A DNA stretch of 64,000 nt from a bacterium (GCA_021810245.1 JAJZJF010000001.1:5582-69581); one strand, 5' to 3'. Counted from the first letter of the stretch, positions 37,990 to 49,908 are shown. Notes: generated from the sequence alone by a model not told the origin. Numbers and translations: made by a program.

Positions 37990-39093
37990 ATGACTGGGCA
38001 AGCTCCCGTTTCACTTCTTAAAAAAACTCCACTCAATCAACTCCACAAAAACCATGCGGCCAAGATGGTCGACTTTTTCGGCTGGGAGCTTCCGCTCTAT
38101 TTTGAGAGTATCCTAAAAGAACACGAGTCCGTCCGCTCCCGTTGCGGGATTTTTGACGTTTCCCATATGGGACGACTCAAAATAGAAGGCCCCTCAACGC
38201 TTGAGCTTCTCCAAAAAACTAATACCAATGATATTTCCTCGTTAAAACCCGGCCAAGCCCTTTATTCCCATATGCCAAGCGAGAGCGGAGGGATCATCGA
38301 CGATTTAATCGTCAGCTGTCTGAGCCCTAATCATTATTATGCGGTGGTCAACGCCTCCAGAATTGACGCCGATAAAGAATGGATCGAGAAAAACAACTCC
38401 CAGGGGGTTGTCATCGCCGATCAAAGCCCCGAGACCGCCATGATCGCGGTTCAAGGTCCGATGGCAGAAGAGATTCTTTCCCGGCATTTGAAATTTAAAG
38501 AAGCTCAAAGCCTTCCAAGATTTGGAGTCATTCAAACAGAGATTCTCAATTGCCAAACTCTTATCAGCCGCACGGGATATACGGGAGAAGACGGATTTGA
38601 AATCGTCGTTTCATCTCAAGAGGCTCCTTCCCTTTGGCGCGCGCTTATCTCGGGCGGCGCTACTCCCTGCGGACTAGCCGCGCGCGACACCTTAAGGCTT
38701 GAAGCCGGGCTTCTTTTATACGGACAAGACATGAACGAAGAGACCTCAAGCCTTGAGGCCAATTGCGCCTGGCTCGTCAAATTTGAAAAAGATTTTATCG
38801 GAAAAAACGCCCTCTTAAACCAGAAAACCCGCGGGCTGACCCGCCGACTCTGCGGCGTCAAATTGATGGATAAGGGGGTTCCGCGCCACGGAAACGAAGT
38901 CTTTTTAGGCGAAAGCCAAGCGGGAATTTTGACCAGCGCGACATTTTCCCCGACATTAAAAACCGGAATCGGACTCGCTTATCTTCCCGCCAGCGTCAAG
39001 GCGGGAGAAAAGCTTTTTGTCTTGGTTCACGGCCGTAAAATTCCGGCCCAGGCCGCGCCGATTCAATTCTACAAAGGAAAAATCCATGCCTAA
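37990..39093 (+). CDS. gcvT: Glycine cleavage system T protein (aminomethyltransferase)
   Basis: The N-terminus LHKNHAAKMVDFFGWELPLYF...GIFDVSHMGRL is GcvT-like, and the gene is followed by gcvH and gcvP. Confidence 0.92.
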   Translation: MTGQAPVSLLKKTPLNQLHKNHAAKMVDFFGWELPLYFESILKEHESVRSRCGIFDVSHMGRLKIEGPSTLELLQKTNTNDISSLKPGQALYSHMPSESGGIIDDLIVSCLSPNHYYAVVNASRIDADKEWIEKNNSQGVVIADQSPETAMIAVQGPMAEEILSRHLKFKEAQSLPRFGVIQTEILNCQTLISRTGYTGEDGFEIVVSSQEAPSLWRALISGGATPCGLAARDTLRLEAGLLLYGQDMNEETSSLEANCAWLVKFEKDFIGKNALLNQKTRGLTRRLCGVKLMDKGVPRHGNEVFLGESQAGILTSATFSPTLKTGIGLAYLPASVKAGEKLFVLVHGRKIPAQAAPIQFYKGKIHA

Positions 39094-39475
39094 AAACGAA
39101 GAATGCCGTTATATGAAATCCCACGAGTGGGCTTATATGGACGGAACAGAGGCTCTCGTTGGAATCTCCGATCACGCCCAAAAAGAAATCACAGACATCG
39201 TCTTTGTCGAAACGCCCAAGTTGGGGCGCAAGGTTTCTTCGGGAGAATCCGTCGCGACAGTTGAATCGGTCAAAGCCGCTTTCGATATTTATAGCCCTCT
39301 CTCGGGAGAAATTTCCGCCGTCAACCCGGAGATAAGCAAAGATCCAGCTATCGTCAATAAAGACCCGCATGGACAAGGCTGGCTTTTCCGCATCAGGCCT
39401 TCCCGCAAGGAAGAGCTGAACTCTCTCATGGATTGGGAGCAGTATCAGGAGTTTCTCAAGACCCAGAAGCATTAA
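39086..39475 (+). CDS. gcvH: Glycine cleavage system H protein
   Basis: [20 protein letters not shown]...[18 protein letters not shown] contains the lipoyl-lysine motif ESVKA. Confidence 0.92.
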   Translation: MPKNEECRYMKSHEWAYMDGTEALVGISDHAQKEITDIVFVETPKLGRKVSSGESVATVESVKAAFDIYSPLSGEISAVNPEISKDPAIVNKDPHGQGWLFRIRPSRKEELNSLMDWEQYQEFLKTQKH

Positions 39476-39477
39476 AT

Positions 39478-42381
39478 ATGATCTCTTCAACCTTGGAACC
39501 AGAACCCGTCGCATCAGAAAACCAGATTCCGCCTGAAGACCTTTTCTCCAAGCGACATATCGGCCCATCCGATCAAGATATCGCCGAGATGTTGTCTTAT
39601 CTTCAAGTCACAAGTCTTGAAGAATTGATCGAACGCGCGGCGCCAAAAACTATATTATCGCGCAAGGCCGTGCGCTTATCTCAAGCCTTAAGCGAACGCC
39701 AAGCCCTTCAAAAATTAAAGGAGCTCGCCGGAAAAAACAAAATTTTTAAATCTTATATTGGGATGGGATATTACGATACCTTTACCCCCCCCGTAATCAA
39801 AAAAAACATTCTCGAAAACCCGGGCTGGTACACCGCCTATACCCCGTATCAAGCGGAAATCGCGCAAGGGCGTCTGGAAGCTCTTCTTAATTTTCAAACA
39901 ATGGTGGAAGACTTAACGGCTCTTCCGGTAGCCAATGCCTCTTTGCTCGATGAAGCCACCGCCGCCGCTGAAGCCATGCTTATGATGCGGAATTTATCGG
40001 AAAATAATTCCTCTCTTTTTTTGGTCTCAAATGATTGTTTCCCGCAAACCTTGGCGGTCGTCTCAACCCGCGCCAGGGCCTTGGGAATTCAAATTGAAAT
40101 AGCGTCTGAAGAGGCTTTTGATTTCTCAAAAAAGCCCTTCGGCATCCTCATTCAATATCCAACCAAGCGCGGCCTCGTCAAAAATTACGAGTCTCTATGC
40201 CAAAAAGCGCATGCGGCAGGCGCTTACGTCGCGGCCGCATGCGACCTCTTAAGCCTCACCTTGTTTAAAGCCCCGGGAGAATTCGGCGCCGATATCGCTT
40301 TAGGGTCCACGCAGAGATTTGGAATCCCCATGGGCGGCGGCGGGCCTCACGCCGCTTATTTAGCGACCAAGGATGAATTTAAGCGCCATATGCCAGGAAG
40401 AATTGTCGGGGTCTCAAAAGACTCTTCCGGAAAAACCGCTTTGAGACTTAGCCTCCAAACTAGAGAACAGCACATTCGTCGAGAAAAAGCGACCTCAAAT
40501 ATCTGCACTGCGCAAGTTCTCTTGGCTGTCGCCGCCGGAGCCTACGCGGTTTATCACGGTCCCAAGGGGCTTCGCCAAATAGCGGAGAGAATTCGTCAAC
40601 TCGCGCAATCTTTGGCGGAAGGCCTTCAAAATCTCGGCTTTGAGATCCAAAATAAATTCGCTATTTTTGACACCCTTTTTATATCTCTTTCCCCAGATGA
40701 AATAGGAAAACTCCGCACTGCCGCGGAAAAGCGGAAGATCAATTTCTGGTTTGAAAAAGAGGGAGTCGGAATTTCTCTGGGAGAAACGACCACGAAAAAA
40801 GACGTCTTGGAAATTCTCTCGGCGTTCGCTTCGGTCAAAGGAGCCGCCTCTCCCATAAATCTTTCCGCAGCAAGCGCTCCAATGGATGAATCGCTCAAAA
40901 GAAAAAGCGCTTACCTCGCCCATCCGGTTTTTAACTCCTATCGCTCAGAGACCGAAATGATGCGTTATCTCAAGCGCCTTGAGAATCGCGATCTATCTTT
41001 AGTCCATTCGATGATCTCTCTAGGTTCCTGCACGATGAAGCTCAACGCCGCCTCCGAAATGGAAGCCATGACCTGGCCGGAATTTGCCCAGATTCATCCA
41101 TATGCGCCTCAAACGCAAACCCGCGGGTATCAGGCCTTGATCAAGGATTTGGAAAGGAGGCTTTGCGCCATAACCGGCTTTGACGCTTTTTCCTTTCAAC
41201 CGAACGCGGGTTCTCAAGGAGAGTATGCCGGGCTCTTGGCGATCAAAAGATATCATGAGAATCGCGGCGAAAGACAAAGAAGCGTGTGTCTGATTCCCGC
41301 TTCCGCCCACGGCACCAATCCCGCTTCCGCGGCTCTGGCGGGGCTTTCAGTCGTCGTGGTTTCGACCACCGAAAATGGAGACATCGATGTCGCGGATTTA
41401 AAATCAAAAGCGGGAGAATTTAAAGAACGCCTCGCCGCTTTGATGGTCACCTATCCCTCGACCCATGGGGTCTTTGAAGCTCAAATACGGGAAATCTGCT
41501 CTATCATCCATAGAAACGGCGGCCTGGTTTATTTAGACGGAGCCAATATGAACGCCTTGGTAGGCCTGGGAAAACCCGCGGAATTGGGAGCGGATGTGTG
41601 TCATCTCAATCTCCATAAAACCTTCGCCATTCCGCATGGCGGGGGAGGTCCGGGGATGGGGCCAATTGGCGTCACAAAAACCCTTAAGCCCTATCTTCCG
41701 GGAAACCCGCTCGATGGAGAAAATAGCTATGCCGTCTCTTCCGCGCCTTGGGGATCTGCCTCGATTTTGACTATTTCCTGGGCCTATATCGCCCAGATGG
41801 GTTCTGAGGGACTTCTCAAGGCAACCCAGGTAGCCATACTCAACGCCAATTACCTCGCGAAAAAATTAGAGACCGCCTACCCGGTTCTCTTCAAAGGTCC
41901 GGGCGGTTGGTCCGCCCATGAGTGCATCATCGAACTGAGGCCCCTTAAAAATTCGGCGGAAGTGACCGCTGAAGACATCGCCAAACGCCTGATGGATTAC
42001 GGATTTCACGCCCCCACCGTTTCTTTTCCCGTGTCGGGAACGATGATGATTGAGCCGACTGAATCGGAATCAAAAGCTGAGATCGACCGTTTCTGTAACG
42101 CAATGATTTCTATTCGTTCAGAAATTCGCGAAATTGAGGAAGGTAGCGCCGATAAAGTCAACAATCTCCTTAAAAACGCGCCGCATACCCTGGAACAGGT
42201 TTGTTCAGACCGTTGGGATAAGCCATATGGGCGGGAAAAAGCCGCTTTCCCCTTGCAGGGCATGAAAGACCGCAAGTTTTGGCCCGCGGTGTCCCGCATC
42301 GACAACGCCTGGGGCGATCGCAACTTCTTCTGCTCCTGCCCGCCGTGGGGAAATGAAGGAGTTATCCCATCGAAACAATAG
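39478..42381 (+). CDS. gcvP: Glycine dehydrogenase (decarboxylating), single-chain P protein
   Basis: It is about 968 aa with two PLP-dependent halves, and it contains the PLP-Lys motif [16 protein letters not shown]. Confidence 0.93.
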   Translation: MISSTLEPEPVASENQIPPEDLFSKRHIGPSDQDIAEMLSYLQVTSLEELIERAAPKTILSRKAVRLSQALSERQALQKLKELAGKNKIFKSYIGMGYYDTFTPPVIKKNILENPGWYTAYTPYQAEIAQGRLEALLNFQTMVEDLTALPVANASLLDEATAAAEAMLMMRNLSENNSSLFLVSNDCFPQTLAVVSTRARALGIQIEIASEEAFDFSKKPFGILIQYPTKRGLVKNYESLCQKAHAAGAYVAAACDLLSLTLFKAPGEFGADIALGSTQRFGIPMGGGGPHAAYLATKDEFKRHMPGRIVGVSKDSSGKTALRLSLQTREQHIRREKATSNICTAQVLLAVAAGAYAVYHGPKGLRQIAERIRQLAQSLAEGLQNLGFEIQNKFAIFDTLFISLSPDEIGKLRTAAEKRKINFWFEKEGVGISLGETTTKKDVLEILSAFASVKGAASPINLSAASAPMDESLKRKSAYLAHPVFNSYRSETEMMRYLKRLENRDLSLVHSMISLGSCTMKLNAASEMEAMTWPEFAQIHPYAPQTQTRGYQALIKDLERRLCAITGFDAFSFQPNAGSQGEYAGLLAIKRYHENRGERQRSVCLIPASAHGTNPASAALAGLSVVVVSTTENGDIDVADLKSKAGEFKERLAALMVTYPSTHGVFEAQIREICSIIHRNGGLVYLDGANMNALVGLGKPAELGADVCHLNLHKTFAIPHGGGGPGMGPIGVTKTLKPYLPGNPLDGENSYAVSSAPWGSASILTISWAYIAQMGSEGLLKATQVAILNANYLAKKLETAYPVLFKGPGGWSAHECIIELRPLKNSAEVTAEDIAKRLMDYGFHAPTVSFPVSGTMMIEPTESESKAEIDRFCNAMISIRSEIREIEEGSADKVNNLLKNAPHTLEQVCSDRWDKPYGREKAAFPLQGMKDRKFWPAVSRIDNAWGDRNFFCSCPPWGNEGVIPSKQ

Positions 42382-42410
42382 CCAAAGCTACTTTAGACGT
42401 TTATTCCCAA

Positions 42411-43052
42411 ATGGCTTTAGACGAGGCGTCGCTTCTTTTTTCACCCGAGAATGTGGTGACATTGCGGTTTTACTCTTGGGCGGAACCCTCCGCGACCTTC
42501 GGACGGCATCAGTCTTTTCAATTCGTCGAAAGAGAACTTAAAAAAGAGGGAAAACCAGCCCTTCCCTGCGCGAGAAGAATCACCGGAGGAGGACTGGTCT
42601 TTCACGGGGAAGACCTGACGTTTTCCATAACTTTCCCCTGGGGAGAGCCTGTGACTCCAAATGAAATCTACCAAAGTCTTCACAATCTTATCGGCGAAGA
42701 ATTGCGCCAAGAGGGGATTTCTCTCAATTTAAAATCTGAGCCCTCCGCAATCACCGGGCTTAATAAAATTTGTTTTTCCGTCCCCGAAAAATCTGACATT
42801 ACCACTCCCCATGGGGACAAAATTCTAGGCGGAGCGCTGTGCCGAAAAAACAAGCGCGGGCTTTATCAAGGTTCGCTAAAAACATCTCTTATTTCTCTTT
42901 CACTTTCCCGAATCAAACAGGCGATATTTCGCGGCGTTTGCGTCTTTGGAAGGCAAAAACCAAAAGAGGATATCCATTTTCTTGAGCATTCACAAACAGC
43001 TCTTCTCGTCGAAAAATACCGCTCTCAAAACTGGCGCCTCCGCGTCCCTTGA
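42411..43052 (+). CDS. Lipoate-protein ligase/octanoyltransferase family protein (LplA/LipM-like catalytic domain)
   Basis: RRITGGGLVFHGEDLTFSI resembles the LplA RRxSGGGAVYHD motif. It lies adjacent to the gcv operon, which encodes the lipoylated H protein. Confidence 0.6.
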   Translation: MALDEASLLFSPENVVTLRFYSWAEPSATFGRHQSFQFVERELKKEGKPALPCARRITGGGLVFHGEDLTFSITFPWGEPVTPNEIYQSLHNLIGEELRQEGISLNLKSEPSAITGLNKICFSVPEKSDITTPHGDKILGGALCRKNKRGLYQGSLKTSLISLSLSRIKQAIFRGVCVFGRQKPKEDIHFLEHSQTALLVEKYRSQNWRLRVP

Positions 43053-43087
43053 ATAAAGTTGAAAATATGTGCTATGATAATAACGTT

Positions 43088-43393
43088 ATGTACGCGGTCA
43101 TAGAAACAGGCGGTAAGCAATATAAGGTTGAACCTGGAGAGGTTATCCGGGTTGAGAAGCTCGATTTAGCTTCCGGAAGCGAGATTAAATGGAAAGCCCT
43201 TTGGGCTTCTAAGGGCGAAGATTCGCCTTCAACGGGAATTCCCAAGGCGACAGTGACAGCCGAGGTTGTTTCCCAAAAGAAAGCCCCCAAGATTTTAGTT
43301 TTCCGAAAGAAAACGAAAAAGGCTTACAAAAAAATGCATGGACATCGCCAGTCCCTGACCGAAGTTAAAATTAAGGATATTTCTTTCAACTGA
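43088..43393 (+). CDS. rplU: 50S ribosomal protein L21
   Basis: [25 protein letters not shown]. The ORF track start at 43049 may extend the N-terminus. Confidence 0.92.
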   Translation: MYAVIETGGKQYKVEPGEVIRVEKLDLASGSEIKWKALWASKGEDSPSTGIPKATVTAEVVSQKKAPKILVFRKKTKKAYKKMHGHRQSLTEVKIKDISFN

Positions 43394-43394
43394 T

Positions 43395-43643
43395 ATGGCT
43401 CACACCAAAGCTCAAGGTTCATCCTCCAACGGTCGCGATTCAAACGGTCAACGCCTCGGCGTTAAGATCTACGGAGGCCAAAAAATCAAGGCGGGAATGA
43501 TCATCGTCAGGCAGCGCGGGACAAAATTTTTGCCGGGCGAAAACGTTGGGCGCGGCAAAGACGATACCTTGTTTGCCAAGGCTTCCGGCTCCGTCCAATT
43601 TGAGTGGGCATACAAAGACAAAAAGCGCGTCAGCGTCCGCTAA
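43395..43643 (+). CDS. rpmA: 50S ribosomal protein L27
   Basis: [24 protein letters not shown]. Confidence 0.93.
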   Translation: MAHTKAQGSSSNGRDSNGQRLGVKIYGGQKIKAGMIIVRQRGTKFLPGENVGRGKDDTLFAKASGSVQFEWAYKDKKRVSVR

Positions 43644-43673
43644 AGTTTTTTCGCCTCCTCCTCTCTTCTTATC

Positions 43674-44993
43674 ATGAATTTCATTGATCGAGCTCGCTTT
43701 TTTCTTGAAGGTGGCCGCGGTGGAGATGGCTGCCTTGCTTTCCGAAGGGAAAAATACGTCGCATATGGCGGCCCGATTGGGGGCGATGGCGGCAACGGCG
43801 GCGACATCATTCTTAAAGCGAGTTTACGCTTAACCACCCTCTTTGACTTATCCCGACAGACCCATATTTATGGAAATCCTGGAGGGCACGGAAAAGGAAG
43901 CAACAAAGCGGGAAAAGACGGCGAGCCAATCACCATTGAAGTTCCCGTCGGCACCCTAGTTTACAAAGACAATATCTTGGTCGCCGATCTTAATTTGCCG
44001 GACAAAACCTATCTCGCGGCCAAAGGCGGAAGAGGCGGAAGAGGAAATCTTTCTTTTAAAACCCAATGGATGACCGCCCCACGAATCCGCGAAAGAGGGG
44101 CCCCCGGCGAATCGGCTCATTTTGAACTAGAGCTTAAGCTCTTGGCCGATGTGGGCTTGGTTGGTTTTCCTAATGCCGGAAAATCAAGTCTTCTTGCTCA
44201 TTTATCCAAAGCCAGGCCCAAGATTGCGGACTATCCATTTACGACTCTTTCCCCCAACCTGGGAGTGGTCGTTCACAAAGGAGTCTCTTTTGTTTTGGCC
44301 GATATCCCAGGCCTCATTGAAGGAGCCCATGAAGGCAAGGGCTTGGGCTTTGATTTTTTAAGGCATATTGAGAGAACGCGAGTTCTCATTCATCTCGTTG
44401 ACCCCCAAGGCTTTGAGCCGTATTCCCCCGCTGAAGGAATCACCTTGATTGAAAAAGAACTAAACTCTTACTCCGCAAGCCTCAAGAAAAAGCCCCGCCT
44501 TTTAGCGGTCAACAAAATGGACCTCCCACAATCCGCGGAAGTTTTCAAGAAATTAAAAAAGAGATTTTCCAAACGCGAGATTTTTCCGATCTCAGCGGCG
44601 ACAGGAGAAGGTCTTAAGCCCTTGCTCGATTCCCTGATCAAGATTCTCTCAAAAACCCCGCCACCGATGTTTAAAACAACAGAGGAATCGGAAGCGAGAT
44701 TAGAAATACAAAAAGGCTTTGAAATCGAACCCCTGGGAAACGGCATTTTTAATCTCAAAGGCGCCTCCATTGAACGCGCTGCGGCCATGTTGGACTTTGA
44801 ACTGCCGGAAGCCGTAATGAGATTTCAAGCAATGCTCAAGAGAATTGGGGTTGACCGCGCTCTTAGAGCCGCCCATGTCCGCGATGGAAATGAAATCCGC
44901 TGCGGAAAGGTTTCTTTTGAATGGAGCGGCGAAACGCCCAAGCCCCTTCCCAAACTTTCGCGCGATCGCCCAACCAAACTAGGAATTTATTGA
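43674..44993 (+). CDS. obg: GTPase Obg (with C-terminal Obg-CT/TGS-like extension)
   Basis: The Obg fold N-terminus is FIDRARFFLEGGRGGDGCLAFRREKYVAYGGPIGGDGGNGGDI. The G domain has GFPNAGKSSL, DIPGLIEGA and NKMD. Confidence 0.93.
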   Translation: MNFIDRARFFLEGGRGGDGCLAFRREKYVAYGGPIGGDGGNGGDIILKASLRLTTLFDLSRQTHIYGNPGGHGKGSNKAGKDGEPITIEVPVGTLVYKDNILVADLNLPDKTYLAAKGGRGGRGNLSFKTQWMTAPRIRERGAPGESAHFELELKLLADVGLVGFPNAGKSSLLAHLSKARPKIADYPFTTLSPNLGVVVHKGVSFVLADIPGLIEGAHEGKGLGFDFLRHIERTRVLIHLVDPQGFEPYSPAEGITLIEKELNSYSASLKKKPRLLAVNKMDLPQSAEVFKKLKKRFSKREIFPISAATGEGLKPLLDSLIKILSKTPPPMFKTTEESEARLEIQKGFEIEPLGNGIFNLKGASIERAAAMLDFELPEAVMRFQAMLKRIGVDRALRAAHVRDGNEIRCGKVSFEWSGETPKPLPKLSRDRPTKLGIY

Positions 44994-45877
44994 TGGCAGA
45001 AACCCTCAAAGCCTATCAGGCTCGGCAAGAAAATCCACAAGACATCGCGGCGGCCTATTTGTTTTGCTTAAATCTGGCGAGTTCGCATTATGAAAATTTT
45101 CCCGTCGCTTCGAGTTTTATCTTTCCAAAACTCAGAAAACACGTCGCTTGTCTCTACAGCTTTGCCCGCATAGCCGATGACTTTTCAGACGAGCCGGAAT
45201 ATGAGGGCGTTCGGCGCGAAAGGCTTTTAGAATGGCGCGAAAATCTAAACAACATCAATCTCAAAACTCCCACCCATCCCGTTTTTATCGCCCTCAAAGA
45301 CACTTTAAAAACCCTCAATCTCCCCCTCCAGCCCTTTGACGATTTGTTGGACGCTTTTTTGCAAGACACCGTCAAAAACCGTTATCAAAATTTTGATGAG
45401 GTCTTGGATTACTGCCGGCGTTCGGCCAACCCCGTAGGCCGGATCGTTCTCATGATTCATGGCTATGACCAAGAAGAGCTCTTTAAACTCTCCGACTCAA
45501 TCTGCACCGGTCTTCAATTGGCCAATTTCTGGCAAGATATCTCGGTCGATCTAAAAAAAGAGCGCATCTATATCCCGCAGGAAGATTTCGCCCGATTTTC
45601 CTACTCGGAAGCGGATTTAAGAATGGGAGTCGTCAATGAACGGTTCCGCAATCTAATGAAATTTGAAGTCGCGAGAGTCTGTCAAATATTTGAAGAAGGA
45701 AAAACTCTTCCTAAAAAACTTTCCTGGCCCCTGTCCTGGGAAATTCGCCTAACAGAATTAGGCGGGCGCCAAATTCTTCGCAAAATCAGAAAGCAAAATT
45801 ATGACACCCTCCACTCTCGTCCCGTTTTAACCAAGTGGGAATGGATTCCGCTTATTTTGCGCGCCGTTTTAAAATGA
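44993..45877 (+). CDS. hpnC: Squalene synthase HpnC (squalene/phytoene synthase family)
   Basis: It has the Asp-rich motifs of the SQS/PSY family (FARIADDFSDE). The ATG overlaps the obg stop (tgATG). Confidence 0.75.
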   Translation: MAETLKAYQARQENPQDIAAAYLFCLNLASSHYENFPVASSFIFPKLRKHVACLYSFARIADDFSDEPEYEGVRRERLLEWRENLNNINLKTPTHPVFIALKDTLKTLNLPLQPFDDLLDAFLQDTVKNRYQNFDEVLDYCRRSANPVGRIVLMIHGYDQEELFKLSDSICTGLQLANFWQDISVDLKKERIYIPQEDFARFSYSEADLRMGVVNERFRNLMKFEVARVCQIFEEGKTLPKKLSWPLSWEIRLTELGGRQILRKIRKQNYDTLHSRPVLTKWEWIPLILRAVLK

Positions 45878-46734
45878 CTCCCGCAAGTTCGCCCGCAGAA
45901 ACGCTTCCTCAATCCGAAAAAAGCTCGAATTTCTTTTTAGGCTTTCTTTTTCTTTCTCCAGTTCAGCGCCAGGCTTTGTCTGCCGTCTACGCCTATTGCC
46001 GCCTCATCGATGACTTAGTTGATGACACCCAAAAAACCGAAAAAGAAGCCAGAGAAGGGCTGGATTTTTGGCGAAATGAGATAGAGAAAATTTTTCAAGG
46101 CCAAGGAACCCACCCGGTGTCCCGCGAAATTGAAAAGGCCCTTAAACATTTTCCCCTCTCCAAGGAAGCTTTTTTTGAAATGATCCGGGGATGTGAAATG
46201 GATCTAAACAAGACCCATTATCAAACTTTTTCTGATCTAGAACCTTATCTGAGAGGGGTCGCGGTTTCGGTAGGGCAGCTTTCGGTCGAAATTTTCGGCT
46301 ATCAACACACAACCCGTGATAAAATGAGGGAGTTTGTAGATTCTTTCGGCTACGCCTTTCAGATGACCAATATTCTAAGGGATGTCGGAGATGACTTAAG
46401 CCTCGGACGCATCTATATTCCCGAAAGCGAAATGGAAAAAGCGGGATACACCCGAGCGGAACTCTTAAAGCGAGAACACAATTTAGCCTTTGAACGCCTG
46501 ATGCAAGGACTCTGGCAAAAAACAAAAGGATTTTACCGGCAGGGAAGAGTCGCCCTTGACTTTAGAGATCGCCCCGCGCTACTCCCGGCTGAAATTATGG
46601 CTCATGTCTATGAAGGGATTTTAGATGAAATTAAAAGAAAGGATTTCCGAGTTTTTTTCTCCAAGACTACTCTCTCTCCGCTAAAAAAACTCCGATTGGC
46701 GTTGAAGGCTTGGCTCTATTGCCATGGATTTTGA
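45874..46734 (+). CDS. hpnD: Presqualene diphosphate synthase HpnD (squalene/phytoene synthase family)
   Basis: YAYCRLIDDLVDD and NILRDVGDDL. It overlaps hpnC (ATGA). Confidence 0.75.
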   Translation: MTPASSPAETLPQSEKSSNFFLGFLFLSPVQRQALSAVYAYCRLIDDLVDDTQKTEKEAREGLDFWRNEIEKIFQGQGTHPVSREIEKALKHFPLSKEAFFEMIRGCEMDLNKTHYQTFSDLEPYLRGVAVSVGQLSVEIFGYQHTTRDKMREFVDSFGYAFQMTNILRDVGDDLSLGRIYIPESEMEKAGYTRAELLKREHNLAFERLMQGLWQKTKGFYRQGRVALDFRDRPALLPAEIMAHVYEGILDEIKRKDFRVFFSKTTLSPLKKLRLALKAWLYCHGF

Positions 46735-48058
46735 CGTCCTAGTCGTTGGAGGAGGCTTTGCCGGCCTTTCCGCCGCGACGGCCTTATCCGAGCAAGGCAA
46801 AAAAGTTTTGCTCCTTGAAAAAAAGCCCCACCTTGGGGGAAGGGCTTATTCTTTTATCGATTCTAAGACTGGACACGAAATTGACAACGGACAGCACCTG
46901 TTTATCGGAGCTTATGCCGAGACCAGACAATTTCTCGCCCGCATCGGTTCAAGCCCGCTTTTGCGCTTTGAGGAAAAGATCAATCTCCATTTTAAAGATT
47001 CCTCCGGAAAAAGCGACCATCTCTCGGCCCCTTCTCTATTTTCCGCCCCGATTGATTTTGCCTGGGGAGTGTTCAATCTCAAAGGTCTTTCCCTTAAAGA
47101 AAAAATTTCGGCGGGAAAAGTATTTCAAGAAATCAAAAAATTTAAAGTTAACCCCGATTATTCGGGGAAAATTGAACGCCTGACTGTGCGTCAATGGCTT
47201 GAATCGCTAGGCCAAAGCTTATCCATCCAAAAAAGATTATGGGAGCCTCTCGCAATCGGAATTCTCAATGAAAACGCCCAGACGGCCTCGGCCTTGGGGC
47301 TTGCACAGGCCTTGGAAAAAATCTTAAGCGGGACCCCTAAAAATGCCTCCAGGCTTGGCTACTCCCAGGTTGGATTAAGTTCGCTTTACGCCAAACAAGC
47401 GGAAAATTATATTCAGAAGCGCCAAGGTTTAGTTCTCTATTCTTCAAAGATTAGTTCGATTATCTACCAAGACGGACGCGCCTGCGGGGTAGTTTGCGAT
47501 GATGGGCGCACATTTCAGGGGCTCCATATTTTACTGACGCTTCCGCCCTGGGATCTCAAGCGCCTCAATGTTCCCGATTACCTCAAAACCGGACTTGAGT
47601 CGTTTGCGACTTCTCCGATTATCGGGCTTTCCTTATGGTTGGACAGGCCGATTACTCCCAATCAAGCCACCGGGCTCATCAATACTCAATTTCATTGGGC
47701 GTTCAATAAAAACCTCATTTGGAGCCTTCCCGGAAAAACCCAATATCTGGCCTTGGTCATCAGCGCCGCCCACGCTGAACTCAAAAAAGAGCCGCAAGAA
47801 ATTTTCGAAATCGCAAAAAAAGAGCTCACGGTTTTTCCCGAATTTAAAAAAGCTAAAATTATCCATTGGAGGCTGATCAAGGAGCCTTTCGCGACGCCTT
47901 CTCCGAAACCCGGCTTAGAAGAAATGCGGCCGTTTCCCGGAGAGGTTTCGCCCGGGCTGATAATCGCTGGCGACTGGACCCGAACAGGCCTTCCAGCCAC
48001 CATTGAGAGCGCGGTCTTAAGCGGACACAAAGCCGCCCAAATCGCGTTAAGAAGTTAA
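46724..48058 (+). CDS. hpnE: Hydroxysqualene dehydroxylase HpnE (FAD-dependent amine oxidase family)
   Basis: The FAD-binding motif VLVVGGGFAGLSAA is present, and the gene follows hpnC and hpnD. Confidence 0.75.
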   Translation: MDFDVLVVGGGFAGLSAATALSEQGKKVLLLEKKPHLGGRAYSFIDSKTGHEIDNGQHLFIGAYAETRQFLARIGSSPLLRFEEKINLHFKDSSGKSDHLSAPSLFSAPIDFAWGVFNLKGLSLKEKISAGKVFQEIKKFKVNPDYSGKIERLTVRQWLESLGQSLSIQKRLWEPLAIGILNENAQTASALGLAQALEKILSGTPKNASRLGYSQVGLSSLYAKQAENYIQKRQGLVLYSSKISSIIYQDGRACGVVCDDGRTFQGLHILLTLPPWDLKRLNVPDYLKTGLESFATSPIIGLSLWLDRPITPNQATGLINTQFHWAFNKNLIWSLPGKTQYLALVISAAHAELKKEPQEIFEIAKKELTVFPEFKKAKIIHWRLIKEPFATPSPKPGLEEMRPFPGEVSPGLIIAGDWTRTGLPATIESAVLSGHKAAQIALRS

Positions 48059-48078
48059 AATTTAAGGAGAATTAAATT

Positions 48079-48642
48079 ATGCTGAAATCGGACCGCTGGA
48101 TTAGGAAGATGTGCCTTGAGACAAAAATGATTGAGCCTTTTGTCGATAAGCAGCAGGGCGAAGGAAAAATATCCTACGGTCTTTCCTCCTACGGATACGA
48201 CATCCGCTTGGCCGATGAATATAAGATTTTTACCAATGTCTTTGGCGCCGTTGTCGATCCTAAGAACTTTGATCCGAAATCCTTTGTCGATTACAAAGGC
48301 CCGGACTGCATCGTGCCGCCTAATTCTTTTGCCTTGGCGCGCTCGGTTGAGCGCTTTAAAATTCCCAGAAACGTCCTGGCTATTTGCCTCGGGAAAAGCA
48401 CCTTTGCCCGCTGCGGAATCATCGTCAATGTCACTCCTCTTGAGCCGACCTGGGAGGGATATCTGACGATTGAAATATCAAACACGACTCCGCTTCCGGC
48501 CAAAGTGTATTCCGGAGAAGGCATCGCCCAGCTTTTATTTTTAGAGTCAGACGAGGTCTGCGAAACCAGCTATGCCGACAGAAAAGGCAAATATCAATCT
48601 CAGACGGGCGTGGTTGTCCCAAGGATTCTTTCAAAAGCCTAA
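48079..48642 (+). CDS. dcd: dCTP deaminase
   Basis: [11 protein letters not shown]...SSYGYDIRL is a Dcd signature. Confidence 0.9.
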   Translation: MLKSDRWIRKMCLETKMIEPFVDKQQGEGKISYGLSSYGYDIRLADEYKIFTNVFGAVVDPKNFDPKSFVDYKGPDCIVPPNSFALARSVERFKIPRNVLAICLGKSTFARCGIIVNVTPLEPTWEGYLTIEISNTTPLPAKVYSGEGIAQLLFLESDEVCETSYADRKGKYQSQTGVVVPRILSKA

Positions 48643-49216
48643 TCGGACTTTAAACGCCCTTCTCATTAGTTTTTTTCTAATCCCATTGGGATTGCTTTTT
48701 TCCCGTCGCTTAGTTTGCGCGGCGCCGCCTTCCAATAGTCAAGCCGCAACGCCTAGCGTCATTGAGGAATTAAAAAAAAGACAAATTATAGCCCCGGACG
48801 CCGAGGATTACACGGAAGAAGATTTAGAAACGCTCGTGCGGATGAAAAAGGCGGAATCTCTCGGAGGGATAGACTTTTTGTCTCGAAAACTGGGCAATAT
48901 TAAAGCTTTTACTTTTGAGGAACGGGGAAAAAGCGATTCTCCGGTTAAACTTAACAAAGCGGGTTTTGAAAAATACATTTTTTTCCTTTCTCAAAAAGCG
49001 ATCGCTTATTTTTCATTACATCATGTAAAACCCAAACGAGTCTTTAATCTCACCGACATCCAGGGCCGGAAAGTTTTTGATAAAGACGGGCTTTTAACTC
49101 TTCCCGGAGAGAATCTTTTCGATCAAATCCTGGAAAAACGCCGGGTTGAGTGGGAGCTTTCCGGCAAAATCATGGCCAATTACAAGATCAAAAAAAGCTC
49201 TTTACCCTCCCCATGA
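48572..49216 (+). CDS. Hypothetical secreted protein; start uncertain
   Basis: The ORF overlaps the dcd 3-prime end by 70 nt, so the true start is probably a downstream TTG. It has a hydrophobic N-terminal segment. Confidence 0.35.
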   Translation: MPTEKANINLRRAWLSQGFFQKPNRTLNALLISFFLIPLGLLFSRRLVCAAPPSNSQAATPSVIEELKKRQIIAPDAEDYTEEDLETLVRMKKAESLGGIDFLSRKLGNIKAFTFEERGKSDSPVKLNKAGFEKYIFFLSQKAIAYFSLHHVKPKRVFNLTDIQGRKVFDKDGLLTLPGENLFDQILEKRRVEWELSGKIMANYKIKKSSLPSP

Positions 49217-49908
49217 TTCGAGAAGAAGTCGTCTTTTATTTAAAGTCCAACCTCGGGAAATTCCCATTTCCCGAACTCAAGGCGCAATTATTGTCGGAAG
49301 GCGTTTCAGAAGAAGAAATTAAAAGCGCCCTAAAAGCGGCCAAGCGCGCTCAAAGCCGCCAGCGCTTTGGGCGCTTCTTAATGATTCTAGGAGGAGTCGC
49401 CTTATTTTCTTCGCTTGTTTTTGTTTTTCTTAGGCCGACAAGGCCGCCCTTGGGAGTTCCGGTGACCAGACCCGTTTTCATCAGCCATTTTGGCTATACC
49501 CTTCATATCCCCGAGGGGTATGAAGCCATCATCGGCCAAAAAACAAAAAGGCGAGAAACCGTATTTTTCTGCCAAAAAGGGACCGATCCCAGCACCTTTT
49601 TAGACCGAAGCCTTTATGGGCAATTGGGAATTCTGCGGCTTAAGGTCTTACCCAATCCCTTTCCCAACGACTTGTCAGCTTTTAATAAACTCAGCCGCAT
49701 CATCGAATCCAAAGCCAGAACTAACGGCTCGCCCTTTCACTTGGAAGCTCTCAGCATCTCCAATATGCCGGGCTTAGAAGTGGATTTTGACGCTCCCGCC
49801 TCTAAAACCCTGACCTATGTTCTCGGCGCGAAAAATCTTTATATTTTTCTCACCGGTCCCAGCAATCCCAACGCGCCTATCATCATTAAAAGCTTGCGGG
49901 AAATATAA
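49213..49908 (+). CDS. Hypothetical membrane-anchored protein
   Basis: [12 protein letters not shown]... with a TM segment FLMILGGVALFSSLVFVFL. It overlaps the preceding ORF (ATGA). Confidence 0.45.
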   Translation: MIREEVVFYLKSNLGKFPFPELKAQLLSEGVSEEEIKSALKAAKRAQSRQRFGRFLMILGGVALFSSLVFVFLRPTRPPLGVPVTRPVFISHFGYTLHIPEGYEAIIGQKTKRRETVFFCQKGTDPSTFLDRSLYGQLGILRLKVLPNPFPNDLSAFNKLSRIIESKARTNGSPFHLEALSISNMPGLEVDFDAPASKTLTYVLGAKNLYIFLTGPSNPNAPIIIKSLREI